DNA of 64,000 nucleotides from Gammaproteobacteria bacterium (GTDB lineage Bacteria; Pseudomonadota; Gammaproteobacteria; CAJXQU01): NCBI GenBank assembly GCA_965238175.1, contig CBDEGZ010000003.1, positions 3,168,001 to 3,232,000 of the forward strand, read 5' to 3'. Shown piece by piece: positions 63,818 to 64,000 of this stretch (position 1 is its first letter; each line of letters starts with the position of its first letter). The notes under the pieces were generated by a model. It saw only the letters and a program-made list of their open reading frames with translations, ran no database searches and was not told where the DNA came from. The position numbers and the translations under genes were made by a program.

Positions 63818-64000
63818 ATGAACGAAATGATCAAAAACCTTTGCCTTTTAACATTAACTACCACCATCCTGGCTTCGAATAGCTTTACTATTCAAGCTGA
63901 ACCTCCACCCAATATTTCATTAGCGAAGATCTATCAGAAAAATGAAGATATTGGACAATATTGGGTTAGCGAGAAACTCGATGGTGTACGTGCATATTGG
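63818..64000 (+). CDS. ATP-dependent DNA ligase with signal peptide (LigE-type), partial
   Basis: MIKNLCLLTLTTTILASNSFTIQA|EPPPNISLAKIY...YWVSEKLDGVRAYW (motif I, KxDG); runs off the window end. Confidence 0.85.
   Translation, partial: MNEMIKNLCLLTLTTTILASNSFTIQAEPPPNISLAKIYQKNEDIGQYWVSEKLDGVRAYW

Overview
Chromosomal window from a roughly 40% GC gammaproteobacterium, with two distinct halves. The right half (~24.1-64 kb) is mostly core genome: tpm, fdxA, glnK with a decayed amtB remnant, an HDOD / Ser-Thr kinase / PP2C / FHA cluster, a radical SAM gene, pilBCD-coaE-zapD-yacG, mutT-argJ-secA-M23, dciA, the complete dcw cluster (mraZ to lpxC) and the start of a periplasmic ATP-dependent DNA ligase. 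The left half (~2.1-24.1 kb) is an accessory island bracketed by a short direct repeat. It holds an IS110 relic, a vWA-HK-RR operon, orphan toxin and immunity-like genes, and a polymorphic Rhs/YD locus. Two features stand out. (1) An Rhs toxin is split in register into three consecutive genes, each apparently with its own Sec signal peptide, and a 720-bp tandem array of carbohydrate-binding-like and Ig domains sits just before the Rhs core. (2) In a mosaic at 10.7-15.5 kb, six copies of a CTGACCCC/GGGGTCAG motif mark the junctions between unrelated fragments (a Tc/FG-GAP Rhs piece, two truncated RAYT HUH transposases, IS4 and IS110 pieces, an immunity-like gene), suggesting RAYT/REP-type DNA shuffling at a toxin locus. 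All family calls come from motif recognition by eye; no database searches were run.
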